From an uncultured Acidobacteriota bacterium (GTDB lineage: Bacteria; Acidobacteriota; Vicinamibacteria; Vicinamibacterales; 2-12-FULL-66-21): DNA of 64,000 nt. Shown in pieces: positions 10,832 to 18,662 of the stretch. Every line of letters begins with the position of its first letter. Within the stretch, counting starts at the first letter, position 1. The stretch covers positions 65,606 to 129,605 of the forward strand of contig CAWDRS010000012.1 of the NCBI GenBank assembly GCA_963804795.1. Reading direction: 5' to 3'. The translations under genes were made by a program, and so were the position numbers. The notes beneath the pieces were generated by a model. That model worked only from the letters and a program-made list of their open reading frames with translations. It did not search any database and was not told where the DNA came from.

Positions 10832-11110
10832 ATGACGGAATCATCGGAGAGGGTTCTGCGGCAGTCGCTGGACTACGTCGATCGTCTGCGAAAGACGTTG
10901 GGTCATCACCATGGGCATCACGGCGGCACTGTCACAGGCCGCGTGGTTCCTGTTGATCTTCGGTGTCAAGGGCGCGGACGTGAAAGGGGCGCTTCTTCTT
11001 GCCACCTTCGCGCTCGCGATGACAGTGTTCGGCGGAGTATTCATGCTGGTCCTGCACATCACCAGGATGACGCAGAGAATTCTCCAGGCCATCGAGGTGC
11101 GTCCAAGGGC
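10832..11110 (+). pseudogene. small two-TM membrane protein after the ECF sigma gene (possible anti-sigma); frame break ~10910; 3' end uncertain
   Basis: ATG lies 1 nt after the sigma stop. MTESSERVLRQSLDYVDRLRKTLGHHH is followed, in another frame, by ITAALSQAAWFLLIFGV...GALLLATFALAMTVFGGVFMLVL. Confidence 0.3.
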
Positions 11111-11205
11111 TGATGTTTCGGGCAGGGGCCGCCCCGCTTGCCTTCGGCGTGACCAGAGTGCCATCGTGTGCCAGAGCGCTCGCACAATCCGTCCAGGAGC
11201 TTCGA

Positions 11206-11565
11206 ATGGCGACGACAGTCACACGTCCCAGGGTCGACGATCACTTCGAGAACCGTCCCGCCGTTCTCCGGAATGCGTACGACGCCGTCCTCGCGGCATC
11301 GCGGCGGTTCGGCCCGGTCAAGGTCGAGCCAAAGAAGACATCCATTCATCTCGTTCGCGTGAGCGCGTTTGCGGGTGTCGCCGTGCGCAAGACGGCAATC
11401 GTGCTCACCATCAAGGCCTCCCAGGACATCCGGAGCAGCAGGATCGACAAACACGAGCGCGCATCCGCGAATCGCTGGCATCTCGAGACGCGCCTCGAAG
11501 GGCCGGACGATGTCGACAAGGAGTTGATCGGCTGGCTCGCGGCGGCGTACGAGCTCGCCGATTAG
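11206..11565 (+). CDS. DUF5655-like protein
   Basis: AGGAGC lies 6 nt upstream of the ATG. The pattern FGPVKVEPKKTSIHLVRVSAFAGVAVRKTAIVLTIKA recalls DUF5655 (from memory). Confidence 0.45.
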   Translation: MATTVTRPRVDDHFENRPAVLRNAYDAVLAASRRFGPVKVEPKKTSIHLVRVSAFAGVAVRKTAIVLTIKASQDIRSSRIDKHERASANRWHLETRLEGPDDVDKELIGWLAAAYELAD

Positions 11566-11590
11566 GAGACCGATGTTGTCCGCCGAACTG

Positions 11591-11691
11591 ACTGCGTCTG
11601 ACAGGGAGGAAGCGAGGTAGGGAGGAGCGCGACAAGAAGAATAAGGCTAGGGTTCCTCCTGTCCTCCCTTCCTCCCTGTGAGACGCAGTCG
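11591..11691. terminator. long imperfect hairpin between convergent genes (possible bidirectional terminator)
   Basis: Arms are gactgcgtctgacagggaggaagcgaggtagggagga (11591-11627) and tcctcctgtcctcccttcctccctgtgagacgcagtc (11655-11691). The right arm overlaps the last codons of the radical SAM gene. No U-tract. Confidence 0.4.
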
Positions 11692-12801
11692 GAAAGAACC
11701 GCTCGGAGGCAAGAACGGCCTGTCGGTGATCTGCCCCTCGAACCGCGCACCCCATCGTCCCGGAATAGCGGTGTGGCAGTCCGGGCACGTGCCGCTCGAT
11801 GTCACGCGGTACTGCTGCACGAAGTACCCGAATCGCTCGACGAGGAGCGCCTGGCAGGCGTGACAGCGCGTGTTCTCCAGATCACCAACCTGGCCGGGCA
11901 GGTTGCCGGCGTAGATGTACTTCAGGCCGTTGGCACGTCCAATCGTGGCGGCGCGGAGCAGCATCTCCGGCGTGGTATTGGCCGGATCGTTCATCCGGTA
12001 GTCCTGGTGAAACGCCGTCACGTGCCACGGAATCAGCGGCGACACACTGGCGACGAACGACGTCAGGCGCTGCAGTTCGTCTTCTGAATCGTTGAACCCT
12101 GGAATCAGCAGCGTCACGATCTCGAGCCAGATGCCGCGGTCGTGCAGCGCGCGAATCGTCCAGAGGATCGGCTCGATTCGGCCACCGAGCTGGCGATAGT
12201 GCCGATCGTCGAAGCTCTTGAGGTCGACCTTGTAGAGGTCCACCCACGGCTGAATGTAGTCGAGGACCTGCGGCGTGCCGTTCCCGTTCGACACGTAGCC
12301 GGTGATGAGCCCCTTCGCCCGCGCGTCCTTGAAAATCGCGACGGCCCACTCGCTCGTGATGAGCGGCTCGTTGTACGTGCTGACGACGATGCGACCGCCC
12401 AGCGAGAGGGCCTGGTCGACGAGCCGGCGTGGGGTGACGTCTTTCGGCGGGGACAGCGCATCCGGATCGCGAAGCGCCTGCGAGGTCACCCAGTTCTGAC
12501 AGTAGGAGCAGTGAAGGTCACAGCCGAGCATCCCGAAGCTGAACGCGAGCGCGCCCGGGTAGGCATGGAAGAACGGCTTTTTCTCAACCGGGTCGCACTG
12601 CACGCCGCCAACGTAGCCAAAGGGCACGTGCAGCCGCCCACCACGGTTGAAGCGGACCTTGCAGACGCCAAGCGCGCCCTCAGGAATCGGGCACTGGTGC
12701 CCGCAGGCATAACAGCGGATCCGGCCCTTGTCGATCGATTCGACGAGCTCTGGAGCGGCCTCGACCGTTCGCGCCTCGAGTGTTTCGGCGAGCGACGGCA
12801 T
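11647..12801 (-). CDS. amrS: AmmeMemoRadiSam-system-type radical SAM enzyme
   Basis: GCDLHCSYCQNW radical-SAM cluster, an N-terminal Cys-rich motif (CYACGHQCPIPEGALGVCKVR), and a C-terminal CHAC...CPDC motif. Confidence 0.8.
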   Translation of the reverse strand: MPSLAETLEARTVEAAPELVESIDKGRIRCYACGHQCPIPEGALGVCKVRFNRGGRLHVPFGYVGGVQCDPVEKKPFFHAYPGALAFSFGMLGCDLHCSYCQNWVTSQALRDPDALSPPKDVTPRRLVDQALSLGGRIVVSTYNEPLITSEWAVAIFKDARAKGLITGYVSNGNGTPQVLDYIQPWVDLYKVDLKSFDDRHYRQLGGRIEPILWTIRALHDRGIWLEIVTLLIPGFNDSEDELQRLTSFVASVSPLIPWHVTAFHQDYRMNDPANTTPEMLLRAATIGRANGLKYIYAGNLPGQVGDLENTRCHACQALLVERFGYFVQQYRVTSSGTCPDCHTAIPGRWGARFEGQITDRPFLPPSGSFRLRLTGRKGGQEEP

Positions 12802-12817
12802 AGAGTCATCTTATCGT

Positions 12818-12932
12818 GATCGGGGATCAGGGATCAGGGATCCGGAAAACCTCGAGATTTCGCTCGAAGGCTTTCCCGATCCCCGATTTTGGATCCTCGA
12901 TTTCGGATCCCTGATCCCCGATCCCTGATCCC
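12818..12932. repeat. inverted repeat whose arms are GGGATCA-type heptamer tandem repeats
   Basis: The left arm, gatcggggatcagggatcagggatccg (12818-12844), is complementary to the right arm, cggatccctgatccccgatccctgatccc (12904-12932). Located between divergent genes. Confidence 0.6.
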
Positions 12933-12937
12933 GGCAT

Positions 12938-12946
12938 TGGTACAAT
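12938..12946 (+). promoter_or_regulatory. extended -10 element (TGgTACAAT) placed for a leaderless transcript
   Basis: TACAAT (12941-12946) ends 6 nt before the ATG at 12953. No Shine-Dalgarno sequence lies between them. Confidence 0.35.
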
Positions 12947-12952
12947 CCCTGG

Positions 12953-13324
12953 ATGGCGAAGATCGTGGCGGTGATCGGCGCATCGGGGAATCGTCGAAAG
13001 TACGGCAACAAGGCACTCCGGGCGTTCGAGAAGCAGGGCTATACGGTCATCCCCGTCAACACGCACGAGGCTGAAGTCGAGGGGCACCGCGCCTACCGAT
13101 CCGTGCTCGACATCCCCGGCCCGATCGACATGGCCACGGTCTACGTCCCCCCTTCCTCAGGCCTGGTCGTCGTCGAGGAGCTCGCACGCAAAGGTGTGCC
13201 CGAGGTCTGGTTGAACCCGGGCGCCGACGAGGACGAGGTCGTCGAAAAGGCTCGGGCGCTCGGCCTGAACATCGTCCAGGCCTGCAGCATCACGGGGGTC
13301 GGCGAGAGCCCATCGCGATTCTGA
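12953..13324 (+). CDS. CoA-binding domain protein
   Basis: IAVIGASGNRRKYGNKALRAFEKQGYTVIPVN...VYVPP...WLNPGA. Confidence 0.8.
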   Translation: MAKIVAVIGASGNRRKYGNKALRAFEKQGYTVIPVNTHEAEVEGHRAYRSVLDIPGPIDMATVYVPPSSGLVVVEELARKGVPEVWLNPGADEDEVVEKARALGLNIVQACSITGVGESPSRF

Positions 13325-13360
13325 GCCGTTCGCCTCTTCTTCGCTCAGGATGCTCCCGGA

Positions 13361-13388
13361 TTGACAGCTCGGCCTGAGCTGCTATACT
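13361..13388 (+). promoter_or_regulatory. sigma-70-type promoter of rho
   Basis: TTGACA (13361-13366), a 16-nt spacer, then TATACT (13383-13388). A ~160-nt leader follows before the rho ATG. Confidence 0.5.
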
Positions 13389-13552
13389 GCTCTTTGCCAA
13401 ATACAACCGCACCGCAAGACTTCCCCTGACGTATCGTCCGGGCGCTCCAGTCGCCCATCCGCAATAGACAACCAGAGATAGCGTCGATCGATTGCTTGCT
13501 GCCATTTTCAGAAGTTCACATCCACCATCTGACCGAGAACGCCGGTAGCCCC

Positions 13553-15046
13553 ATGCCACCAACCAACAAGCGCTCGTCCGGGCGCCAGACCGCCGAAGCA
13601 GCGGCCGCGCGCCAGTCGTCCACAGACACCATCGTCGAAACCCCGGAGCCCGATACGGCTTCGTCCCAGCCGCCGCCCCAGGCCGCGGCGCCACCAGCGC
13701 CGCCAGCGCCACCGCCTCCCGCCGCTCAAGCGCCTCCGGCCCAGCAGTCGCCGCAGAACCAGCAGCGCCAGGAAGGCCGTCGCGGTCAGGGCCTGAACAT
13801 CACCGAGCTGAAGGACATGTCGATCCAGAAGCTCACCCAGATCGCCAAGGACCTGAACGTCGCCGGCGCGACAGGCATGCGAAAGCAGGAGCTGATCTTT
13901 CAGATCCTGAAGGCGCAGACCGAGCAGAGCGGCTTCATCTTCTCCGAGGGTGTCCTGGAGGTCCTGCCGGACGGTTTCGGCTTCCTGCGCGCGCCCGACT
14001 ACAACTATCTGCCGGGACCGGACGACATCTACGTCTCGCCCTCGCAAATCCGCAAGTTCGACCTGCAGACGGGCGACACGGTCTCCGGCCAGATCCGGCC
14101 GCCGAAGGAAGGGGAGCGCTACTTCGCCCTGATCAAGGTCGAGGCGGTGAACTTCGAGGCACCCGACCAGGCGCGAGACAAGCTGTTCTTCGAGAACCTC
14201 ACGCCGCTCTACCCGCTGGAGCGCTTCGTCCTCGAGACCGCATCCGACAACCTCTCGGCCCGGGTCATGGACCTGATGACGCCCGTCGGCCGCGGGCAGC
14301 GTGGCCTGATCGTCTCGCCGCCACGGACCGGCAAGACGATGCTCCTCCAGAACATCGCGCAGTCCGTTGCGAAGAACCATCCGGAGGTGTACCTGATCGT
14401 GCTGCTCATCGACGAGCGGCCGGAAGAAGTCACCGACATGCAGCGTTCGGTGAACGGCGAGGTCATCTCGTCGACCTTCGACGAGCCTGCCCAGCGCCAC
14501 GTCCAGGTCGCCGAAATGGTGATCGAAAAGGCCAAGCGCCTCGTCGAGCACAAGAAGGACGTCCTGATCCTCCTCGACTCGATCACGCGGCTCGCGCGCG
14601 CGTACAACGCCGTCATCCCGCCGTCCGGAAAGGTCCTCTCCGGCGGTCTCGACTCCAACGCCCTCCAGAAGCCGAAGCGCTTCTTCGGCGCGGCGCGGAA
14701 CATCGAAGAAGGCGGCTCCCTCACGATCATCGCCACGGCGCTCGTCGACACCGGCTCCCGCATGGACGACGTGATCTTCGAAGAGTTCAAGGGAACCGGC
14801 AACATGGAGATCCACCTCGATCGGAAGCTCTCCGACAAGCGCGTGTTCCCGGCGATCGACATGCTGAAGAGCGGCACGCGCAAAGAGGAGCTCCTGCTTC
14901 CGCGCGAGGATCTCAACCGCGTGTGGGTGCTCCGCAAGGTGCTCAACCCGCTGTCGCCCGTGGAGGCGATGGAGCTCCTGCTCGAGCGGATGGGGAAGAC
15001 CAAGTCGAACAGCGACTTCCTCGCCGCCATGCAGAAGATGGGCTGA
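13553..15046 (+). CDS. rho: transcription termination factor Rho with a Pro/Ala/Gln-rich N-terminal extension
   Basis: Rho_N ([21 protein letters not shown]), the CSD-like RNA-binding domain, Walker A ([14 protein letters not shown]), and [28 protein letters not shown]. The start at MPPTNKR is chosen over the upstream TTG. Confidence 0.92.
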   Translation: MPPTNKRSSGRQTAEAAAARQSSTDTIVETPEPDTASSQPPPQAAAPPAPPAPPPPAAQAPPAQQSPQNQQRQEGRRGQGLNITELKDMSIQKLTQIAKDLNVAGATGMRKQELIFQILKAQTEQSGFIFSEGVLEVLPDGFGFLRAPDYNYLPGPDDIYVSPSQIRKFDLQTGDTVSGQIRPPKEGERYFALIKVEAVNFEAPDQARDKLFFENLTPLYPLERFVLETASDNLSARVMDLMTPVGRGQRGLIVSPPRTGKTMLLQNIAQSVAKNHPEVYLIVLLIDERPEEVTDMQRSVNGEVISSTFDEPAQRHVQVAEMVIEKAKRLVEHKKDVLILLDSITRLARAYNAVIPPSGKVLSGGLDSNALQKPKRFFGAARNIEEGGSLTIIATALVDTGSRMDDVIFEEFKGTGNMEIHLDRKLSDKRVFPAIDMLKSGTRKEELLLPREDLNRVWVLRKVLNPLSPVEAMELLLERMGKTKSNSDFLAAMQKMG

Positions 15047-15166
15047 TCGATCGCGGCGGGCCCGCGGTGTCGTCTCCATCGATCGTTTCGAGCAGCGAAC
15101 CCGCTGCGCGATCGTGGTCATCGGTTTCAGCGCAGTCGTCCGAGTGCGAGCGGCGGCGGCCCTGAC

Positions 15167-18100
15167 ATGCTGGAACGGGGAAGGGTCTCGTCGACTCCAC
15201 CTCGCGGCCTGCTGTCCGGCATGGCTGGTACCGATACGTCCGGGCACACGACGTTGCCCGGGGATCGCGCGAGCAACCCGATGAACGTGCCGGACACCCG
15301 CGTCCCGAGCGACGCCCGCACGCGCCCGCTGTCGCGCACCGCCGCCATCATCTCGATTACCGCCGGGCTTCTGGTGCTGTTCGGGTGGCGCTTCGGCGTC
15401 ATTGGACCGCTGTCCGGCCCGCGCGGGTTCCGGGTGATGCAGCCAAACACCGCGCTGGCCTTCATCCTGGCTGGCGCGTCCCTCTGGTGTGCGCTGCACG
15501 GCACCACCACCAGCCGCAGAATCGGACGAACGCTCGCCGTAGCGCTCGCGTCGTTGGCTCTCCTCACGATGGGGGAGTCGGTGCTTTGGCCCGGCCTGCA
15601 GTTCTATCGCCTGTTCGCCCCCGTCTTGCCTGGCAGCGTCACCATCGCGCTCATGAGCCAGCTGAGCGCCTTCTGCTTCACGCTGCTCGGGATCGCCCTC
15701 CTCTCGCTGGGCAGACGGATCGCATGGCGCCGTATCGGCCACCTCTGCGCCCTGTCGACGGCCCTGCTCGCGACGATCGTCCTGGTGGACTACGCGTACA
15801 ACCTGACGCTGGAGTTCCGTCTCCTGTCGCAGTCGCTGATGGCGCTCCACACGGCCCTCACGATGGTGGCGATCGCCAGCGGCGTCCTGGCCGCCCAGCC
15901 CGACGTGGGGTTCGTACGTGTCCTGGCCAGAGACAGCCCCGGAGCCGCGCTCACGCGCACACTGCTGCCCGTGATTGTCGCCGTCCCATTCCTGCTCGGC
16001 TGGATCCGCCTGCACGCCCAGCAGCTTGGGTACCTCGGGTCGGAGGCGGGGGCCGCCGCGACGGCGGCCGCCAGCGCGCTCATCTGCGCCATGGTCGTGC
16101 TGATCTACGCCCGCCGGGTCGACGAGATAGACGACGTGCGGTCGGCGGCGGAGAAGCAGCTTCGTGACTCAGCCCAGTTCCATCGACAGATCCTCGACAG
16201 CGCCCAGGAAGGCATCGTCGTCACCGACCGCGAGTCGAGGTTTCTCCTCTGGAATCGCGTCATGGAACAACTCAGCGGCCTGCCTGAAGCAGAAGTGCTG
16301 GGTCATCGGCTGCGCGATATGTTCCCGTCCTTCAAGGATCCGAGGTCGTTCGAGGCCATCTCGCGCGTCCTGCGAGGTGAGACCGCTGCGCGCTTCGACG
16401 CGCAGCGTCCCTTCGCCGAAGCGGCGCTCTGGTTCGCCGTGAACCACGCCGGCCTCCGCTCCGCCACCGGTGAGGTCACGGGCGTCATCGTCACGTATCG
16501 CAACATCACGGACCGCAAGAACGCCGAGCAGGCGCTCCGCGAGTCGAGCCGGTTCAACCAGCAGATCATCGACAACCTCCGCGATGGCGTCGCCGTCTTC
16601 GACCGGGATCTCCACGTCGTGGCCTTCAACCCGTTTCTCGAGACAGTGACAGGAATCGAGGCGGAGGCCGCGATTGGAAGTCACGTGCTGGACGTGCTGC
16701 CTCAGGCGGAGCGGCACGGTCTCCGCGAGGCGCTCCAGAAGGCCCTCGCGGGGGAAACCGTCGACATGCCGGACGTGCGGCAGGAAGTCTCCGAACGTGA
16801 GTCGTGGAGCTGGATTCGATTGTCGCCGCTGCGCCGAGCGGACGGCGAGGTCTCGGGAGTGCTCGCGGTGATCTCCGACATCAGCGAGCGGAAGCGGACC
16901 GAGGTCGCGCTGCGCCTCGCGCAGGAGCGCACGAGCACAGCCCTTGCCGCCGCCAAGATGGCGGATTGGGAAATCGATCTCCAGACTCGGCGAGTGACCT
17001 GGTCGGAAAACCTCGCGGCGCTCTTCGGACGCCCGCTCGAGACGTTCGACAGCGCCTTCGGCAGTGGGTTGAAGTTCATTCACCAGGAAGATGCGCCACG
17101 CGTCCGACAGGCGCTGGAAGAGGCCATGACCAACCGGTCGGCATTTGTGGCCGACTTCCGTGTCGTGCTGCCGGACGGTCACATGCGCTGGCTGAGCAGC
17201 ACCGGGCACGTGTCGGACACAGGCGAACGCGGCCCACGGCTCATTGGAATCGTGACCGACGTGACAGAGCGGCGCACCCTCGAGTCACACCTGCGGCAAG
17301 CGCAGAAGATGGATGCCGTCGGGCAGCTCGCCGGAGGCATCGCCCACGACTTCAACAACCTGCTGACGGCAATCCTCGGCTATGCGCAGTTTCTCGCCGA
17401 AGTGGTGACCGACCCGCGCCAGAGGAGAGACGTCAACGAGATTCTGTCGGCGGCGAACCGTGCCGCCGCTCTGACCCGTCAGTTGCTGGCGTTCAGCCGG
17501 CGCGAGCCGGTCCAGATCACGACGCTTGACGTCAATCAAACCATCGGCGGTCTAACGAACATGCTGCAGCGGCTCGTCGGCGAGCACGTCGACCTGGGCA
17601 CGTCGCTCGCAAGTAATTTGCACGCCGTTCGCGCCGATCGTGGGCAGCTCGAACAGGTGCTCGTCAACCTCGTGGTAAACGCGAGGGACGCCATGCCAAG
17701 CGGCGGGTCCATCCGGATCGAAACCTCGAACCTGCAGCTCGCGAAAGACGCCATCGAACGGACGCTCGTGACTCCGGGCCCCTACGTGCAGCTGGCCGTG
17801 ACCGACACCGGCGTCGGCATCGCGGAAGCCATCCGGCCGCGCATCTTCGAGCCATTCTTCACGACGAAAGAGCCGGGCAAGGGCACCGGGCTCGGGCTGG
17901 CCACGGTCTACGGCATCGTGAGCCAGGCAGGAGGTCATGTCTCCGTCTACACCGAGCTCGGGCACGGAACGACGTTCAAGGTCTACCTCCCGGCGGCGCC
18001 GGGCGAAGCGGAGCGCGTCGATACGCTGAAGGAGGTGCCCCGGGCCGCGGTCACCAGCGCGGGCACGGTCCTCGTGGTCGAGGACGAGGACGCCGTCAGG

Positions 18101-18424
18101 TCGTTGACCGTCACGATTCTGGAACGAGCCGGGTACAGCGTCTTCTCGGCCCGGAACCCGCAGGAGGCGGAAGCGGCCTTCCGCGAATCAGGTCACGACG
18201 TGGCACTCCTGCTGACCGACGTGATCATGCCCGGTGGAACGGGGCCGGACCTGCACCGGCGCCTGTCGGCGAGCCGGTCACCTTTGCCGGTGCTCTACAT
18301 GTCCGGCTATGCCGGTCACGTGACACTCGATCAGCGCCGGCTGGAGACCGGCGCGCCCTTACTGCAGAAACCGTTCGACGCGGACCTTCTCCTGCGTGCC
18401 GTGAGACAGGCGTTGAACGGGTGA
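15167..18424 (+). CDS. hybrid sensor histidine kinase/response regulator with multi-TM N-terminus and repeated PAS domains
   Basis: H-box [17 protein letters not shown], HATPase motifs ([23 protein letters not shown]), and a receiver domain ([11 protein letters not shown]...[13 protein letters not shown]). Exact start uncertain. Confidence 0.85.
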   Translation: MLERGRVSSTPPRGLLSGMAGTDTSGHTTLPGDRASNPMNVPDTRVPSDARTRPLSRTAAIISITAGLLVLFGWRFGVIGPLSGPRGFRVMQPNTALAFILAGASLWCALHGTTTSRRIGRTLAVALASLALLTMGESVLWPGLQFYRLFAPVLPGSVTIALMSQLSAFCFTLLGIALLSLGRRIAWRRIGHLCALSTALLATIVLVDYAYNLTLEFRLLSQSLMALHTALTMVAIASGVLAAQPDVGFVRVLARDSPGAALTRTLLPVIVAVPFLLGWIRLHAQQLGYLGSEAGAAATAAASALICAMVVLIYARRVDEIDDVRSAAEKQLRDSAQFHRQILDSAQEGIVVTDRESRFLLWNRVMEQLSGLPEAEVLGHRLRDMFPSFKDPRSFEAISRVLRGETAARFDAQRPFAEAALWFAVNHAGLRSATGEVTGVIVTYRNITDRKNAEQALRESSRFNQQIIDNLRDGVAVFDRDLHVVAFNPFLETVTGIEAEAAIGSHVLDVLPQAERHGLREALQKALAGETVDMPDVRQEVSERESWSWIRLSPLRRADGEVSGVLAVISDISERKRTEVALRLAQERTSTALAAAKMADWEIDLQTRRVTWSENLAALFGRPLETFDSAFGSGLKFIHQEDAPRVRQALEEAMTNRSAFVADFRVVLPDGHMRWLSSTGHVSDTGERGPRLIGIVTDVTERRTLESHLRQAQKMDAVGQLAGGIAHDFNNLLTAILGYAQFLAEVVTDPRQRRDVNEILSAANRAAALTRQLLAFSRREPVQITTLDVNQTIGGLTNMLQRLVGEHVDLGTSLASNLHAVRADRGQLEQVLVNLVVNARDAMPSGGSIRIETSNLQLAKDAIERTLVTPGPYVQLAVTDTGVGIAEAIRPRIFEPFFTTKEPGKGTGLGLATVYGIVSQAGGHVSVYTELGHGTTFKVYLPAAPGEAERVDTLKEVPRAAVTSAGTVLVVEDEDAVRSLTVTILERAGYSVFSARNPQEAEAAFRESGHDVALLLTDVIMPGGTGPDLHRRLSASRSPLPVLYMSGYAGHVTLDQRRLETGAPLLQKPFDADLLLRAVRQALNG

Positions 18425-18440
18425 CGCGGGCTCCGGAGTG

Positions 18441-18662
18441 GACGGAGGCAGCGGAGACGCTCACAAACCGAGCAACGGAATCAACGGAGAACGAACGGAG
18501 AAGAGGATTCGGATTCAACACTTCGAGCAGCTCGCGCGCCCGCCACGCGCTACGCGCGGCGCGAGCTGCGCGGTTGCCGCTGGCCATGCCGGCCTCTCCG
18601 TTTCGTCGCCGTTAGCTCCGTTCCTCCGTGTGAGCGTCTCCGTTCTCTCCGCCCCCTCCGTC
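18441..18662. repeat. ~220-bp palindromic (MITE/REP-like) element between convergent genes
   Basis: The arms are colinear and imperfectly complementary and are rich in ACGGAG. The left arm begins gacggaggcagcggagacgctcaca... (18441-18503). The right arm ends ...tgtgagcgtctccgttctctccgccccctccgtc (18594-18662). There is a central palindrome, GCAGCTCGCG...CGCGAGCTGC (18527-18569). Confidence 0.55.

Noticed and set aside
12818-12932. Short tandem/inverted GGGATCA repeats, checked as a possible CRISPR array (also 31022-31049 and 32300-32385).
   Set aside because: The units are 7-9 bp with no unique spacers of 25-40 bp, and there is no leader or cas genes. These are microsatellite-like or hairpin repeats, not CRISPR.
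13508-16015. An 835-aa ORF on the minus strand spanning rho and the start of the histidine kinase.
   Set aside because: It is antisense to two genes with unambiguous motifs. Its composition (R/G/A/P-rich with no recognisable domain) is typical of shadow ORFs in GC-rich DNA. The same applies to 5530-6945(-), 7212-8723(-), 20116-22071(+), 21669-23738(+), 23677-25209(+), 41224-42675(-) and 61725-63968(-).
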